32,000 nt of DNA, taken from an uncultured Actinomycetota bacterium. GTDB lineage: Bacteria; Actinomycetota; Actinomycetes; Streptomycetales; Streptomycetaceae. The notes beneath the pieces were generated by a model. It was not told where the DNA came from. It saw only the letters and a program-made list of their open reading frames with translations, and ran no database searches. The position numbers and the translations under genes were made by a program. The DNA is taken from NCBI GenBank assembly GCA_963761325.1, contig CAVXGZ010000001.1:1859020-1891019 (forward strand), read 5' to 3'. Positions 22,689-30,911 of this stretch are shown here, piece by piece (within the stretch, counting starts at the first letter, position 1; each line of letters begins with the position of its first letter).

Positions 22689-23729
22689 ATGTCCGGGTCC
22701 GGACGTGCCGGCGGTGCTGGTGGGCGGCTCGTGACGCTGCGTCTGCACGCCAACGAACACCCGCAGGGCCCGCCCGCCGGCATCGTCGACGCCCTGCACG
22801 CGCTCATCCCGCAGCTGCACCGGTACCCGGCTCCGTCCAGCGCCCTGCAGACCGCGATAGCGGAGCTGCACGACGTCCCGCTGAACCGGGTCCTGGTCGG
22901 CGCGGGCAGCGCCGAGATCATCAGCCTGGCCTGGCGGGCGTTCACCGGCCCGGCCAAGGCGGTCTTCTTCCACGAGCCCGAGTTCGAGTTCTACCGGATG
23001 CTGAGCGCCCAGTGCGGCTCCCCGACGCTCACCCGGCCGTGGCCGCTCGGCGAGGACCTGGCCGCACACCTGGCGGGTGAGCGGGTCGGACTGGTGGCCC
23101 TGTCCAACCCGCACAATCCCACCGGCGCCCGGCGGCCCAGGCAGGAGATCGCGGAGCTGGCGCGCGGCCTGCCCGACTCGACGGTCCTGCTCAACGACGA
23201 GGCGTACCACGACTTCGCGGACGTGGACGACGCCGAACCCTCGCTGCGGGCCATGTCCGAGCTGCCCAACGTGCTGACCACCAGGACCTTCTCCAAGATC
23301 CACGGGCTGGCCGGCCTGCGGATCGGCTACGGGGTCGGCGACGCCCGCCTGATCAACGCGCTGCGAACGCTGCAGACGCCGTTCAGCGTGAGCACGGCCG
23401 CCGGCACCGCCGCACTCGCCGCGCTCGCCGACCCGGCCGCCCTGGTGGAGCGTCGCGCGCGCAACCGGGAGCAACGGGAGGCGCTGGCGGCGCAGTTGAC
23501 CCGGCGCGGCTTCGAGGTGTCGCCGAGCCAGGCCAACTTCCTGTTCGTCCGGCCGCCGCACGGCCGCTCCACCTGGGCCACCGATCTGCTCGACCACGGT
23601 GTCCGCGTCCAACCGTTCGATGCCGACCTGCGGGTGACCGTGGGCTCCGCCACCGAGGTCGCCGCTCTCATCGAGGCGGTCGACCACCTTCTGTCGTCCG
23701 TTCAGCCGAGCACCCTGGGGGAATCATGA
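22689..23729 (+). CDS. histidinol-phosphate aminotransferase family (class II PLP-dependent) aminotransferase
   Basis: LHANEHPQGPP is an LNENP-like N-terminal motif. LSNPHNPTG, LNDEAYHDF and the PLP-lysine motif RTFSKIHGLAGLRIGYG are also present. The alternative start is GTG 22731. Confidence 0.85.
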   Translation: MSGSGRAGGAGGRLVTLRLHANEHPQGPPAGIVDALHALIPQLHRYPAPSSALQTAIAELHDVPLNRVLVGAGSAEIISLAWRAFTGPAKAVFFHEPEFEFYRMLSAQCGSPTLTRPWPLGEDLAAHLAGERVGLVALSNPHNPTGARRPRQEIAELARGLPDSTVLLNDEAYHDFADVDDAEPSLRAMSELPNVLTTRTFSKIHGLAGLRIGYGVGDARLINALRTLQTPFSVSTAAGTAALAALADPAALVERRARNREQREALAAQLTRRGFEVSPSQANFLFVRPPHGRSTWATDLLDHGVRVQPFDADLRVTVGSATEVAALIEAVDHLLSSVQPSTLGES

Positions 23730-24724
23730 CCGAGCACACCATCGACGACGTCTTCAACAACACGCTCTCGGCATACGCGATATCGGCGGCGTGGGAACTC
23801 GGCCTGCTGGAGCGGCTGGAGCGGTCCGAGCCGGTGGACCTGGCGGAGTTCGCCCGGGAACAGGACCTGCACGCACCCTCGCTGGAGGCCATCGCCCGGG
23901 GGCTGGCGCTCGCCGGGACCATCGTCCTCACCCCGGACCGCGCGATCGCCTCGCCCGGCCCGCTCTTCGGCGAGACCATGGCCAAGAAGGGCTTCTTCTA
24001 CTGGCTCACCCGCGGCTGCGGCGAACTGTTCACCACCATGCCGCAGGCGGTCAGGAACGCCAACCGCACCGGGGACTTCGTGGTCCGCGACTACAAGGCG
24101 ATCGGCCTGGCCGCACGCGACGCGGGCTTCTCCTACGTGGACCCGGCGTTCTACAAGATCATCGCGGACCGCGGCCTCACCTTCGGCGCGGACCTCGGCT
24201 GCGGCAGCGGCGAGCGGCTGATCAAGCTCGCCTCCCGGGACCCGCGCTTCCGCGGCATCGGTGTGGACGTCGCCCCGGGCGCGCTGGCGCTGGCCACCGA
24301 GTCGGTCGCCGAGGCCGGGTTCAGCGACCGGGTCTCGGTGGTGCGCGGCGACGCCAAGCAGATGGCCTACCGCCCGGAGTTCGGCCAGGTCGACTTCGTC
24401 TGCTCCTTCATGATGGGACACGACCTGTGGCCGCGCGAGGAGTGCGTGGCGAGCCTGAAGCTGATCGGCGAGGCGTTCCCGGCCGCCACCGACCTGATCA
24501 TCTGCGACACCTACCGCTCCGACCTCGCGCCCACCGCGACGCATCCGGTCTTCACCCTGGGCTTCGAGACCGCGCACGCCGTCATGGGCCAGCTGATCCC
24601 CTCGCTGGACGAGTGGACCGATGTGCTGGCCGAGGCGGGCTGGCACCGGGCCGACGTCGTCGACTTCGACCTGCCGCCGTACACCGCGCTGATGCACCTC
24701 ACCCGGGAGCTGTCGCAGGCATGA
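23726..24724 (+). CDS. class I SAM-dependent methyltransferase with OMT-type N-terminal winged-helix/dimerisation domain
   Basis: The N-terminal LSAYAISAAWELGLLERLERSEPVDLAEFA resembles the dimerisation/wHTH domain of family-2 O-methyltransferases. The SAM motif I is FGADLGCGSGERL, followed by GIGVDVAP. An ATGA start/stop overlap with the upstream gene lies at 23726-23729. Confidence 0.8.
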   Translation: MTEHTIDDVFNNTLSAYAISAAWELGLLERLERSEPVDLAEFAREQDLHAPSLEAIARGLALAGTIVLTPDRAIASPGPLFGETMAKKGFFYWLTRGCGELFTTMPQAVRNANRTGDFVVRDYKAIGLAARDAGFSYVDPAFYKIIADRGLTFGADLGCGSGERLIKLASRDPRFRGIGVDVAPGALALATESVAEAGFSDRVSVVRGDAKQMAYRPEFGQVDFVCSFMMGHDLWPREECVASLKLIGEAFPAATDLIICDTYRSDLAPTATHPVFTLGFETAHAVMGQLIPSLDEWTDVLAEAGWHRADVVDFDLPPYTALMHLTRELSQA

Positions 24725-26025
24725 ACGAGCGGGCCACCCCGGGCAGGCACATCCTCATCCTGAACCGGTTCGACCAGGAGGTGGGCTGCCGCTACACCGA
24801 GTACATCGACCACACCGCCGACCGGGTCGCCTACCTCACCTCCGAGAAGGGGCGCAGCGGCGTCGACCCCGGACCGGCCGAGACCGTGGCCGTCGTTCAC
24901 GACCTCGCGGACTGGGCGGCGGTCTCGCGGCTGGCCCAGGACGTCGTGCGGCGGTTCGGGCCGCTGGACCACGTCGTCGCGCTGTTCGAGCGCGACCTCG
25001 AAGTCGCGGCCGCGCTGCGCGAGTTGCTGGGGGTGGCCGGGCCCCGCCCGGCCGACGTCGACCGGGTGCGCGACAAGGTGACGATGAAACGCCTGGTCGC
25101 CGCCGCGGGCCTGCGGGTGCCGCGTTTCGTCGACGCCGACGATCCCGCGCGGGTGCGCCGGTTCGCCGACGAGACCGGCTTCCCGCTGGTGATCAAACCC
25201 CGCGACGGCTCGGGGAGCCAGGGCATCTACCTGGTCAACTCCGCCGCCTCGCTGGAGGAGACGCTCGCCTCGCCGCTGGAGAACTACGAGTGCGAGGAGT
25301 TCGTCACCGGGACGATGTACCAGGTCGACGGCGTGGTGCAGGACGGGACCGTGCGGGTGCTGCGCGCGTTCCGGCTGCTCAACACCTGCCTGGACTACGC
25401 CCTGGGCGACTCGTTCGGCTCGGTCGCCAGCGACGACAGGCAGTTGGAGAAGGTGCTCGTCGGGTACGCGGAGCTGGTGCTGGCCGCCCTCGGCGTGCGC
25501 AGCAGCGTCTTCCACCTCGAGGTCTTCACCGTCGACCCGGCCGGGCCGGGGGAGTACGGCGGGCTGGTCTTCCTGGAGGTGGCCGCGCGGGCCGGCGGCG
25601 CGGAACTGCCGCACCTGTGGCGCGAGGTCTACGGGCTCGACCTGCTGGAGGTCGCCGCCCGGCTGGCGCTGGGGGAGTCGCCGTCCTGGGGTCCGCTCGA
25701 TCCCGAGGGCAAGGCCGGCGGCTACCTGCTGATGCCGGAACCGCCGGTCAGGCCGTGCCGCGTGCTGTCGACGACCTCGCTCATCGACGCGGTACCCGCG
25801 ATGTACGCGGAGATCCTGCCCGAGCCGGGCGAGATCCTCAACGGCACGGGCGGCGCGAAGGAGACCGGCGGGCGCTACCGGTTCCGGGCGGACAGCGGGG
25901 CGGAGATCGAGCTCGCCATCCGGCAGGTACTCGCCGGCTACCACCTGGTCTCGGAACCGGTCTCCGAACACGACGTCGAGGTCTTCCGGGTGGCCGGCCG
26001 CAGGCAGTCCGTGGCGCGTCCGTGA
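24721..26025 (+). CDS. ATP-grasp domain ligase (L-amino-acid-ligase-like)
   Basis: DKVTMKRLVAAAGLRVPRF..FPLVIKPRDGSGSQGIYLV..CEEFVTGTMYQVDG..FHLEVF..FLEVAARAGGAEL follows the ATP-grasp pattern. The real start is ATG 24721, with an ATGA overlap onto the methyltransferase stop. The 744-aa track ORF from 23791 is an off-frame read-through artefact. Confidence 0.8.
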   Translation: MNERATPGRHILILNRFDQEVGCRYTEYIDHTADRVAYLTSEKGRSGVDPGPAETVAVVHDLADWAAVSRLAQDVVRRFGPLDHVVALFERDLEVAAALRELLGVAGPRPADVDRVRDKVTMKRLVAAAGLRVPRFVDADDPARVRRFADETGFPLVIKPRDGSGSQGIYLVNSAASLEETLASPLENYECEEFVTGTMYQVDGVVQDGTVRVLRAFRLLNTCLDYALGDSFGSVASDDRQLEKVLVGYAELVLAALGVRSSVFHLEVFTVDPAGPGEYGGLVFLEVAARAGGAELPHLWREVYGLDLLEVAARLALGESPSWGPLDPEGKAGGYLLMPEPPVRPCRVLSTTSLIDAVPAMYAEILPEPGEILNGTGGAKETGGRYRFRADSGAEIELAIRQVLAGYHLVSEPVSEHDVEVFRVAGRRQSVARP

Positions 26026-27269
26026 GCCTCCCGTCGTCGCCGCGGTTCGGCCAGGCGCTGGCCGTCCGAGAGTTCCGCGTGCTGTGGCTGGCCCAGCTGA
26101 CGTCGGTCGGCGGCGACCAGCTCGCCAGGGTGGCGCTGACCCTGCTGGTGTTCACCCGCAGCGCGTCGGCGGGTCTGGCCGCGCTGACCTACGCCCTCAC
26201 CCTGCTGCCCGACCTGCTCAGCGGTCCGCTGCTGTCCTGGCTGGCGGACCGCTACCCGCGGCGCGGCCTGATGATGGTGTGCGACCTGACCCGCACGGGC
26301 CTGGTCGCCGCCATGGCCGTGCCCGGCACCCCGCTGTGGCTGCTGTGCGTCCTGCTGGTCGTCGTGCAGCTGCTGCAGTCGCCGTACATGTCCGCACGCT
26401 CGGCGCTGCTGGCGACGATGATGCGCGGCGAGCGCTACCTGGCCGCCGCCGCGGTCGTCAACGTGACCGCCCAACTCGGCCAGGTCGCCGGGTTCGCGGT
26501 GGGCGGAGTGGTGGTCGCGCTGCTGGGCCCCTCGCAGGCGCTGCTGATCGACGCCGGCACGTTCCTGGCGTCGGCGGTCCTGACCTGGTTCGGCATCGCG
26601 CGGCGCCCGAGGCCGACCGGCCCCGCGCCCGGCGGCGGCAGGTGGAGCGCGATCACCGGGGGAGCCGGCCTGGTCCGGGCCGACCGCAGGCTGCGTCTGC
26701 TGGTGGTGTTCGGCTGCCTGTCGGGCTTCTACGTGTGCACGAACGGGCTGGCGATTCCCTACGCCCACGCCCTGGGCAACAGCGCGGCCGCGGCCGGACT
26801 CCTGCTCGCGGCGGCCCCCACCGGCACGGTCCTCGGGGTGTTCGTCGTGACCCGCTGGGTGCGCCCGGACCGCAACCTGTGGCTGCTCGGCCCGCTGGCG
26901 ATCGCCGCCTGTCTGGTGCTGGTGTTCACCGTGCTGTCCCCGGGCATCGCCGTCACCTGCGCGCTGTGGGGGATATCCGGGCTGTTCTCCGCCTTCCAGG
27001 TCCCCGCGAACACCGCGTACGGCACCTGGGTCCCCGACGCCGTCCGCGGCCAGGCGTTCGGACTCGCCTCCACCGCGGTGCGGGGAGCCCAGGGGCTCGG
27101 TATCGCGCTCGCCGGCTTCGCCGCCGAATTCGCCCCGGTGCCGATCGTCATCGCGGTGTTCGGGCTGCTGGGGGTGGCGGCCTCCGGGGTGCTCACGATC
27201 AGTTGGTCGAAGATCTGCCGGGTGCCCGTCGAGGTGCCGCGTGAACCCGTGCTCCATCCCATTCCCTGA
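26022..27269 (+). CDS. MFS transporter (EntS/MFS_3-like putative exporter)
   Basis: FRVLWLAQLTSVGGDQLARVALTLLVF..LSGPLLSWLADRYPRRGLMM is typical of EntS-like MFS exporters, with about 12 predicted TM segments. GTG 26022 overlaps the ATP-grasp stop (GTGA at 26022-26025). The track ORF from 25290 is an artefactual extension. Confidence 0.85.
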   Translation: MSLPSSPRFGQALAVREFRVLWLAQLTSVGGDQLARVALTLLVFTRSASAGLAALTYALTLLPDLLSGPLLSWLADRYPRRGLMMVCDLTRTGLVAAMAVPGTPLWLLCVLLVVVQLLQSPYMSARSALLATMMRGERYLAAAAVVNVTAQLGQVAGFAVGGVVVALLGPSQALLIDAGTFLASAVLTWFGIARRPRPTGPAPGGGRWSAITGGAGLVRADRRLRLLVVFGCLSGFYVCTNGLAIPYAHALGNSAAAAGLLLAAAPTGTVLGVFVVTRWVRPDRNLWLLGPLAIAACLVLVFTVLSPGIAVTCALWGISGLFSAFQVPANTAYGTWVPDAVRGQAFGLASTAVRGAQGLGIALAGFAAEFAPVPIVIAVFGLLGVAASGVLTISWSKICRVPVEVPREPVLHPIP

Positions 27270-27299
27270 CCCTGCCGACCTTCCAGCCGAGGACGCCGA

Positions 27300-28667
27300 A
27301 TGACCGCGCCCGTTCTGACCTCCACCACCGTCGAACCACCGCCGCAACTGCACGGCACCATGCGTCCGCGCCACCTCACCATGCTCGCGATGGGCGGTGT
27401 GATCGGGTCCGGCCTCTTCGTCGGATCCGGCGCGGGCATCGCGGCGGCCGGGCCGGGCATCGTGGTGTCGTTCGTGGCCGCGGGCGCGCTCACCATGGTG
27501 GTGATGCTCATGCTGGCGGAGATGGCCGCCGCGTTCCCGTCCAGCGGCTCGTTCTCCGCGCACGCGGAACGGGCGTTCGGCCCGTGGGCCGGGTTCACCA
27601 TCGGCTGGCTGTACTGGGTGACCCTCGTCGTGGTCCTCGCCCTGGAGTCGACCGCGGCGGCGATCATCGTCAACGGCTGGCTGCCCGCGGTCCCGCAGTG
27701 GCTGCTGATGCTGCTGTTCATGGCGGTCTTCACCGCGGTCAACCTCACCGAGGTCGCGAACTTCGGCGAGTTCGAGTTCTGGTTCGCCCTCATCAAGGTC
27801 GCGGCGATCGTCGGCTTCCTGGTGCTGGGCGTGCTGGCGATCGTCGGCGTGCTTCCCGGCGGCAGCACCCGGGCCCTGACCGGCGGCCTGCTTCCGCACG
27901 GCTGGTCCGGCGTGGGACTGGGCCTCATCACCGCCGTCTCGGCCTTCGGCGGGCTGGAGATCGTCACCATCGCCGCCGCCGAGTCCGAGGACCCGGCCCG
28001 GGCCACCGTCCAGGCGGTCCGCAGCGCGGTGTGGCGCATATCGGTCTTCTACATCGGCTCGATGGCCGTCATGGCGAGCCTGCTGCCGTGGAACGACTCG
28101 CGCCTCGGCTCCAGCCCGTTCGTCGCGGTCCTCGACGACATCGGCGTGCCCGCCGCCGGGCGGATCATGAACGTCATCGTCCTGATCGCCCTGCTGTCCG
28201 CCCTCAACGCCAACACCTACGCGGCCGCCCGGATGGTCTTCTCCCTGGCCCAGCGCCGCCAGGCTCCCAGGTTCCTGACCCGGCTGAACCGGATGGGCGT
28301 CCCCTACGCGGCCGTTCTGGCGTCCGCCTCGTTCGGCTTCGTCGGCGTCGTCCTGAACCTGCTGTGGCCGCGCACGATCTTCCTGCACCTGCTCGACGCG
28401 ATCGGCACGGTGCTCCTGCTGGTCTGGATCCTGGTGGCCGCCTCCCAACTCCGGCTTCGCCGCAGCCTGCCCGTCTCGGCGCCGGTCAGGATGTGGGGGT
28501 ACCCGTATCTGAGCTGGGCCGCCCTGACCGCCATGGTCGCGCTGCTCGGGTACATGTTCGTCGAGCCCGGCACCCGGATCCAGCTGATCAGCTCGGCGGT
28601 CCTCGCGGTGGTCGTGCTGTCCGTCGCGCTGGTCCGCTCCCGCCGGATCGCCGCCCGCCGGGGCTGA
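27300..28667 (+). CDS. amino acid permease (APC superfamily, AAT family)
   Basis: MRPRHLTMLAMGGVIGSGLFVGSGAGIAAAGPGIVVSF..AEMAAAFPSSGSF..FEFWFALIKVAAIVGF is the classical amino-acid permease signature. The protein is 455 aa with about 12 TM segments. Confidence 0.9.
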   Translation: MTAPVLTSTTVEPPPQLHGTMRPRHLTMLAMGGVIGSGLFVGSGAGIAAAGPGIVVSFVAAGALTMVVMLMLAEMAAAFPSSGSFSAHAERAFGPWAGFTIGWLYWVTLVVVLALESTAAAIIVNGWLPAVPQWLLMLLFMAVFTAVNLTEVANFGEFEFWFALIKVAAIVGFLVLGVLAIVGVLPGGSTRALTGGLLPHGWSGVGLGLITAVSAFGGLEIVTIAAAESEDPARATVQAVRSAVWRISVFYIGSMAVMASLLPWNDSRLGSSPFVAVLDDIGVPAAGRIMNVIVLIALLSALNANTYAAARMVFSLAQRRQAPRFLTRLNRMGVPYAAVLASASFGFVGVVLNLLWPRTIFLHLLDAIGTVLLLVWILVAASQLRLRRSLPVSAPVRMWGYPYLSWAALTAMVALLGYMFVEPGTRIQLISSAVLAVVVLSVALVRSRRIAARRG

Positions 28668-28724
28668 ACCGGCGCCGCCCGGCCACCACTCCCACGGAAA
28701 CCACCGCACAGTGAAGAGGTTCAG

Positions 28725-30086
28725 ATGGATGGCGTGTCCCTGACGCAGGAGTACCTGGACGAGGTGGCCCGAAGCGGCGCCAAGGCCGGTGAGTTGACGG
28801 GCCGTCAGCCGGAGTCCGACCTGCTCAACACGTTCTACGCGGGCAAGTACCTCTCGCGCCCGCTGTTCATCGGGCACGCCGAGCGGGTCCGGCTCCACGC
28901 CGACCTGGAGAACCTGCGGACCGCGCTGGCCGGCCTGCCCGACCGGCTGTTCGGCGGCGACTTCGCGGCGTTCGCCCGCGCGGTGGGCCTGTCCGAGGTC
29001 CAGGTCTCCGCCGTCATGCGCGGCAGGGGCGCCTCGATGACCCGGCAGACCCGGGCCGATCTGTACCTCGACGCGACCGGGTTCAAGCTGCTGGAACTCA
29101 ACATAGGCAGCGCGGTCGGCGGAATGGACAACGCCGACATGTGCCGCGCGCTGCTCGAACACCCGGTGCTCGCCGACTTCGCCAGGAGCCGCGGGCTGGG
29201 CTACGTGGACTCGCTGCGCGAGCAGGTGAACAACATCATCGCGGAGTGCGGCTTCGAGCCCGGCGACCGTCCGATGGTCGCGCTGACGGACTCCCCGCAC
29301 AGCTACGTCGAGATGATTCCGTACATGCGGCTGCTGTGCGAGCGCTGGGCGGAGCTGGGCCTGGACGCCCACCCGTGCCACCTGGGGCAGTTGGAGGCGC
29401 GCGACGGCCGGGTCTGGCTCGGCGACCGGCCGGTGGACGTCGTCTTCCGGACGTTCCTGATCGGGGACCTGGTGAAGTACCCGCAGATGCCGGCGCTGAT
29501 GGATCCGGTCCTCGACGCGGCGGAGCGCGGCGAGGTCAGGATCTTCACGCCGATGGACTCCGCCGCGTACGCCAGCAAGGGCGCCCTCGCGCTGCTGTCG
29601 GACGAGCGCAACCGGGAGCTGTTCAGCGCCGAGGAACTGGCCAGCCTGGACCGCATCCTGCCGTGGACGCGGATGGTCCGGCGCGGTCCGGTCACCCTGG
29701 AGGACGGCGAGCGCGTCGACCTCGTCGAGTACGCCCTCGCGCACCAGCGGGACCTGACGCTCAAGCCGACCTCGCTGGCCGCCGGCGACGGCGTGCTGCT
29801 CGGCTGGGCGGACGGCCTGACCGCGCGGCAGTGGCGCGAGCAGGTGCTCGCCGCGCTCGACGGCCCGTTCATCCTCCAGCGCCGGATCCGCCCGACCCCC
29901 GAGCTGTTCCCCGACGAGAACGGCGAACTGCGGCCGTGGACCACCCTGTGGGGGGTCTTCACCGTGGTCAACGGCTACGGGGGCGCTTTCATCCGGGCCA
30001 CCCCCGCCGCCTCCGGCGAGGTCGTGGTGAACATCGCGAACGGAGCGCACGGCGGCGCCCTGCTCCAGGAGATGGCCGAACGCTGA
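28725..30086 (+). CDS. ATP-grasp-fold-like ligase of uncertain family (glutathionylspermidine-synthase / circularly-permuted ATP-grasp-like signature)
   Basis: RADLYLDATGFKLLELNIGSAVGG resembles the R-x-D-x..G-x-K-LLE-x-N strand-loop of GSP-synthetase-like and permuted ATP-grasp proteins. The protein is cytoplasmic, 453 aa, with no TM segment. The assignment rests on motif memory only. Confidence 0.5.
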   Translation: MDGVSLTQEYLDEVARSGAKAGELTGRQPESDLLNTFYAGKYLSRPLFIGHAERVRLHADLENLRTALAGLPDRLFGGDFAAFARAVGLSEVQVSAVMRGRGASMTRQTRADLYLDATGFKLLELNIGSAVGGMDNADMCRALLEHPVLADFARSRGLGYVDSLREQVNNIIAECGFEPGDRPMVALTDSPHSYVEMIPYMRLLCERWAELGLDAHPCHLGQLEARDGRVWLGDRPVDVVFRTFLIGDLVKYPQMPALMDPVLDAAERGEVRIFTPMDSAAYASKGALALLSDERNRELFSAEELASLDRILPWTRMVRRGPVTLEDGERVDLVEYALAHQRDLTLKPTSLAAGDGVLLGWADGLTARQWREQVLAALDGPFILQRRIRPTPELFPDENGELRPWTTLWGVFTVVNGYGGAFIRATPAASGEVVVNIANGAHGGALLQEMAER

Positions 30087-30161
30087 CGCCGCCGCGCCGC
30101 CGGGACCGTCCGACCGACTGCGCATGTCCGCGCCAAGAAGCGGTCGGGTAGATTCGGCGGT

Positions 30162-30626
30162 ATGACGATCACCGCTGTCGATGCCGGACCCCGCAGGATC
30201 AGCCGGTCGGTGGACGTGGACAAGTCCGCGTCCGCGCTGTTCGACGTCGTGGCGGATCCACACCGGCACGGTGAACTCGACGGGTCGGGCACCGTGCAGG
30301 ACACCGTCAGCGGGCCGCACCGGCTCGCGCGGGGCGAGAGGTTCTCGGTGCGGATGCGGATGTTCGGCCTGCCGTACAAGATCACCAGCACGGTCACCGC
30401 GTTCGAGGACGGACGCGTCGTGGAGTGGCAGCACCCGAACGGGCACCGCTGGCGCTGGGAGTTCCAGCCGGTCTCCGAGAACACCACGCGCGTGACCGAG
30501 ACCTTCGACTACAGCGTCATCGGTCCCGTCAAGGCCCGCACCCTCGAACTCCTCGGCATGCCCGGGAAGAACGCCGCGGGCATCGAGGCCACCTTGCGCC
30601 AACTGCGCGAGCGGCACACGAACTGA
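30162..30626 (+). CDS. SRPBCC (START/Bet v1/polyketide-cyclase-like) family protein
   Basis: A 154-aa protein reading ISRSVDVDKSASALFDVVADPHRHGELDGSG..WRWEFQPVSENTTRVTETFDYS, typical of actinobacterial SRPBCC ligand-binding proteins. Confidence 0.8.
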   Translation: MTITAVDAGPRRISRSVDVDKSASALFDVVADPHRHGELDGSGTVQDTVSGPHRLARGERFSVRMRMFGLPYKITSTVTAFEDGRVVEWQHPNGHRWRWEFQPVSENTTRVTETFDYSVIGPVKARTLELLGMPGKNAAGIEATLRQLRERHTN

Positions 30627-30803
30627 CCCCCGGCCGCCGCCGGATCACCGGGCCGCGCGGGCGCCGCGCGGCGCCCGGACGCCGGGGCCCGGGGCGGCCA
30701 CGGAGAGGTGGGCGGCGGCCGCTTCGCCGCGCCGAAGTGAACTCCGCGCCGATCGCGTCGAGTTGCGTTCTCGCGGCGGCATGCGCCGAAAGGTCCGGAC
30801 CCA

Positions 30804-30832
30804 TTGACCGGCTTGGTCTAGGCCAATACGCT
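30804..30832 (+). promoter_or_regulatory. candidate sigma-70 (HrdB)-type promoter for the 3D-domain protein gene
   Basis: TTGACC (30804-30809), a 17-nt spacer, then TACGCT (30827-30832). The site lies about 80 nt upstream of ATG 30912. Confidence 0.35.
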
Positions 30833-30911
30833 CGCGAGACGGGCCCCGACCGGTCTGTTACCGCCGGATCGCCCGCCTTCGTCCGGATCGGCACTCAGAG
30901 GTGACCGCCCC

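Noticed and set aside
23791-26025. A 744-aa ORF suggesting a fused methyltransferase-frame/ATP-grasp protein, and likewise 25290..27269 (659 aa)
   Set aside because: The N-terminal 310 and 244 residues are R/P/G-rich read-through in the alternative frame of the upstream genes. The real starts are ATG 24721 and GTG 26022, each overlapping the preceding stop codon.
25938-30617. A 1559-aa minus-strand ORF spanning the whole right half of the operon
   Set aside because: Its translation is dominated by R, G, P, H, D and Q runs and has no recognisable domain. It lies antisense to four well-supported + strand genes. This is a typical stop-poor shadow frame of high-GC DNA.
30630-30911. A possible cyclic-di-AMP (ydaO-type) riboswitch upstream of the 3D-domain gene
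   Set aside because: The leader from the candidate promoter to the ATG is only about 80 nt. It lacks the conserved pseudo-symmetric ACGGGG/GAATC-type elements as far as I can recall them.
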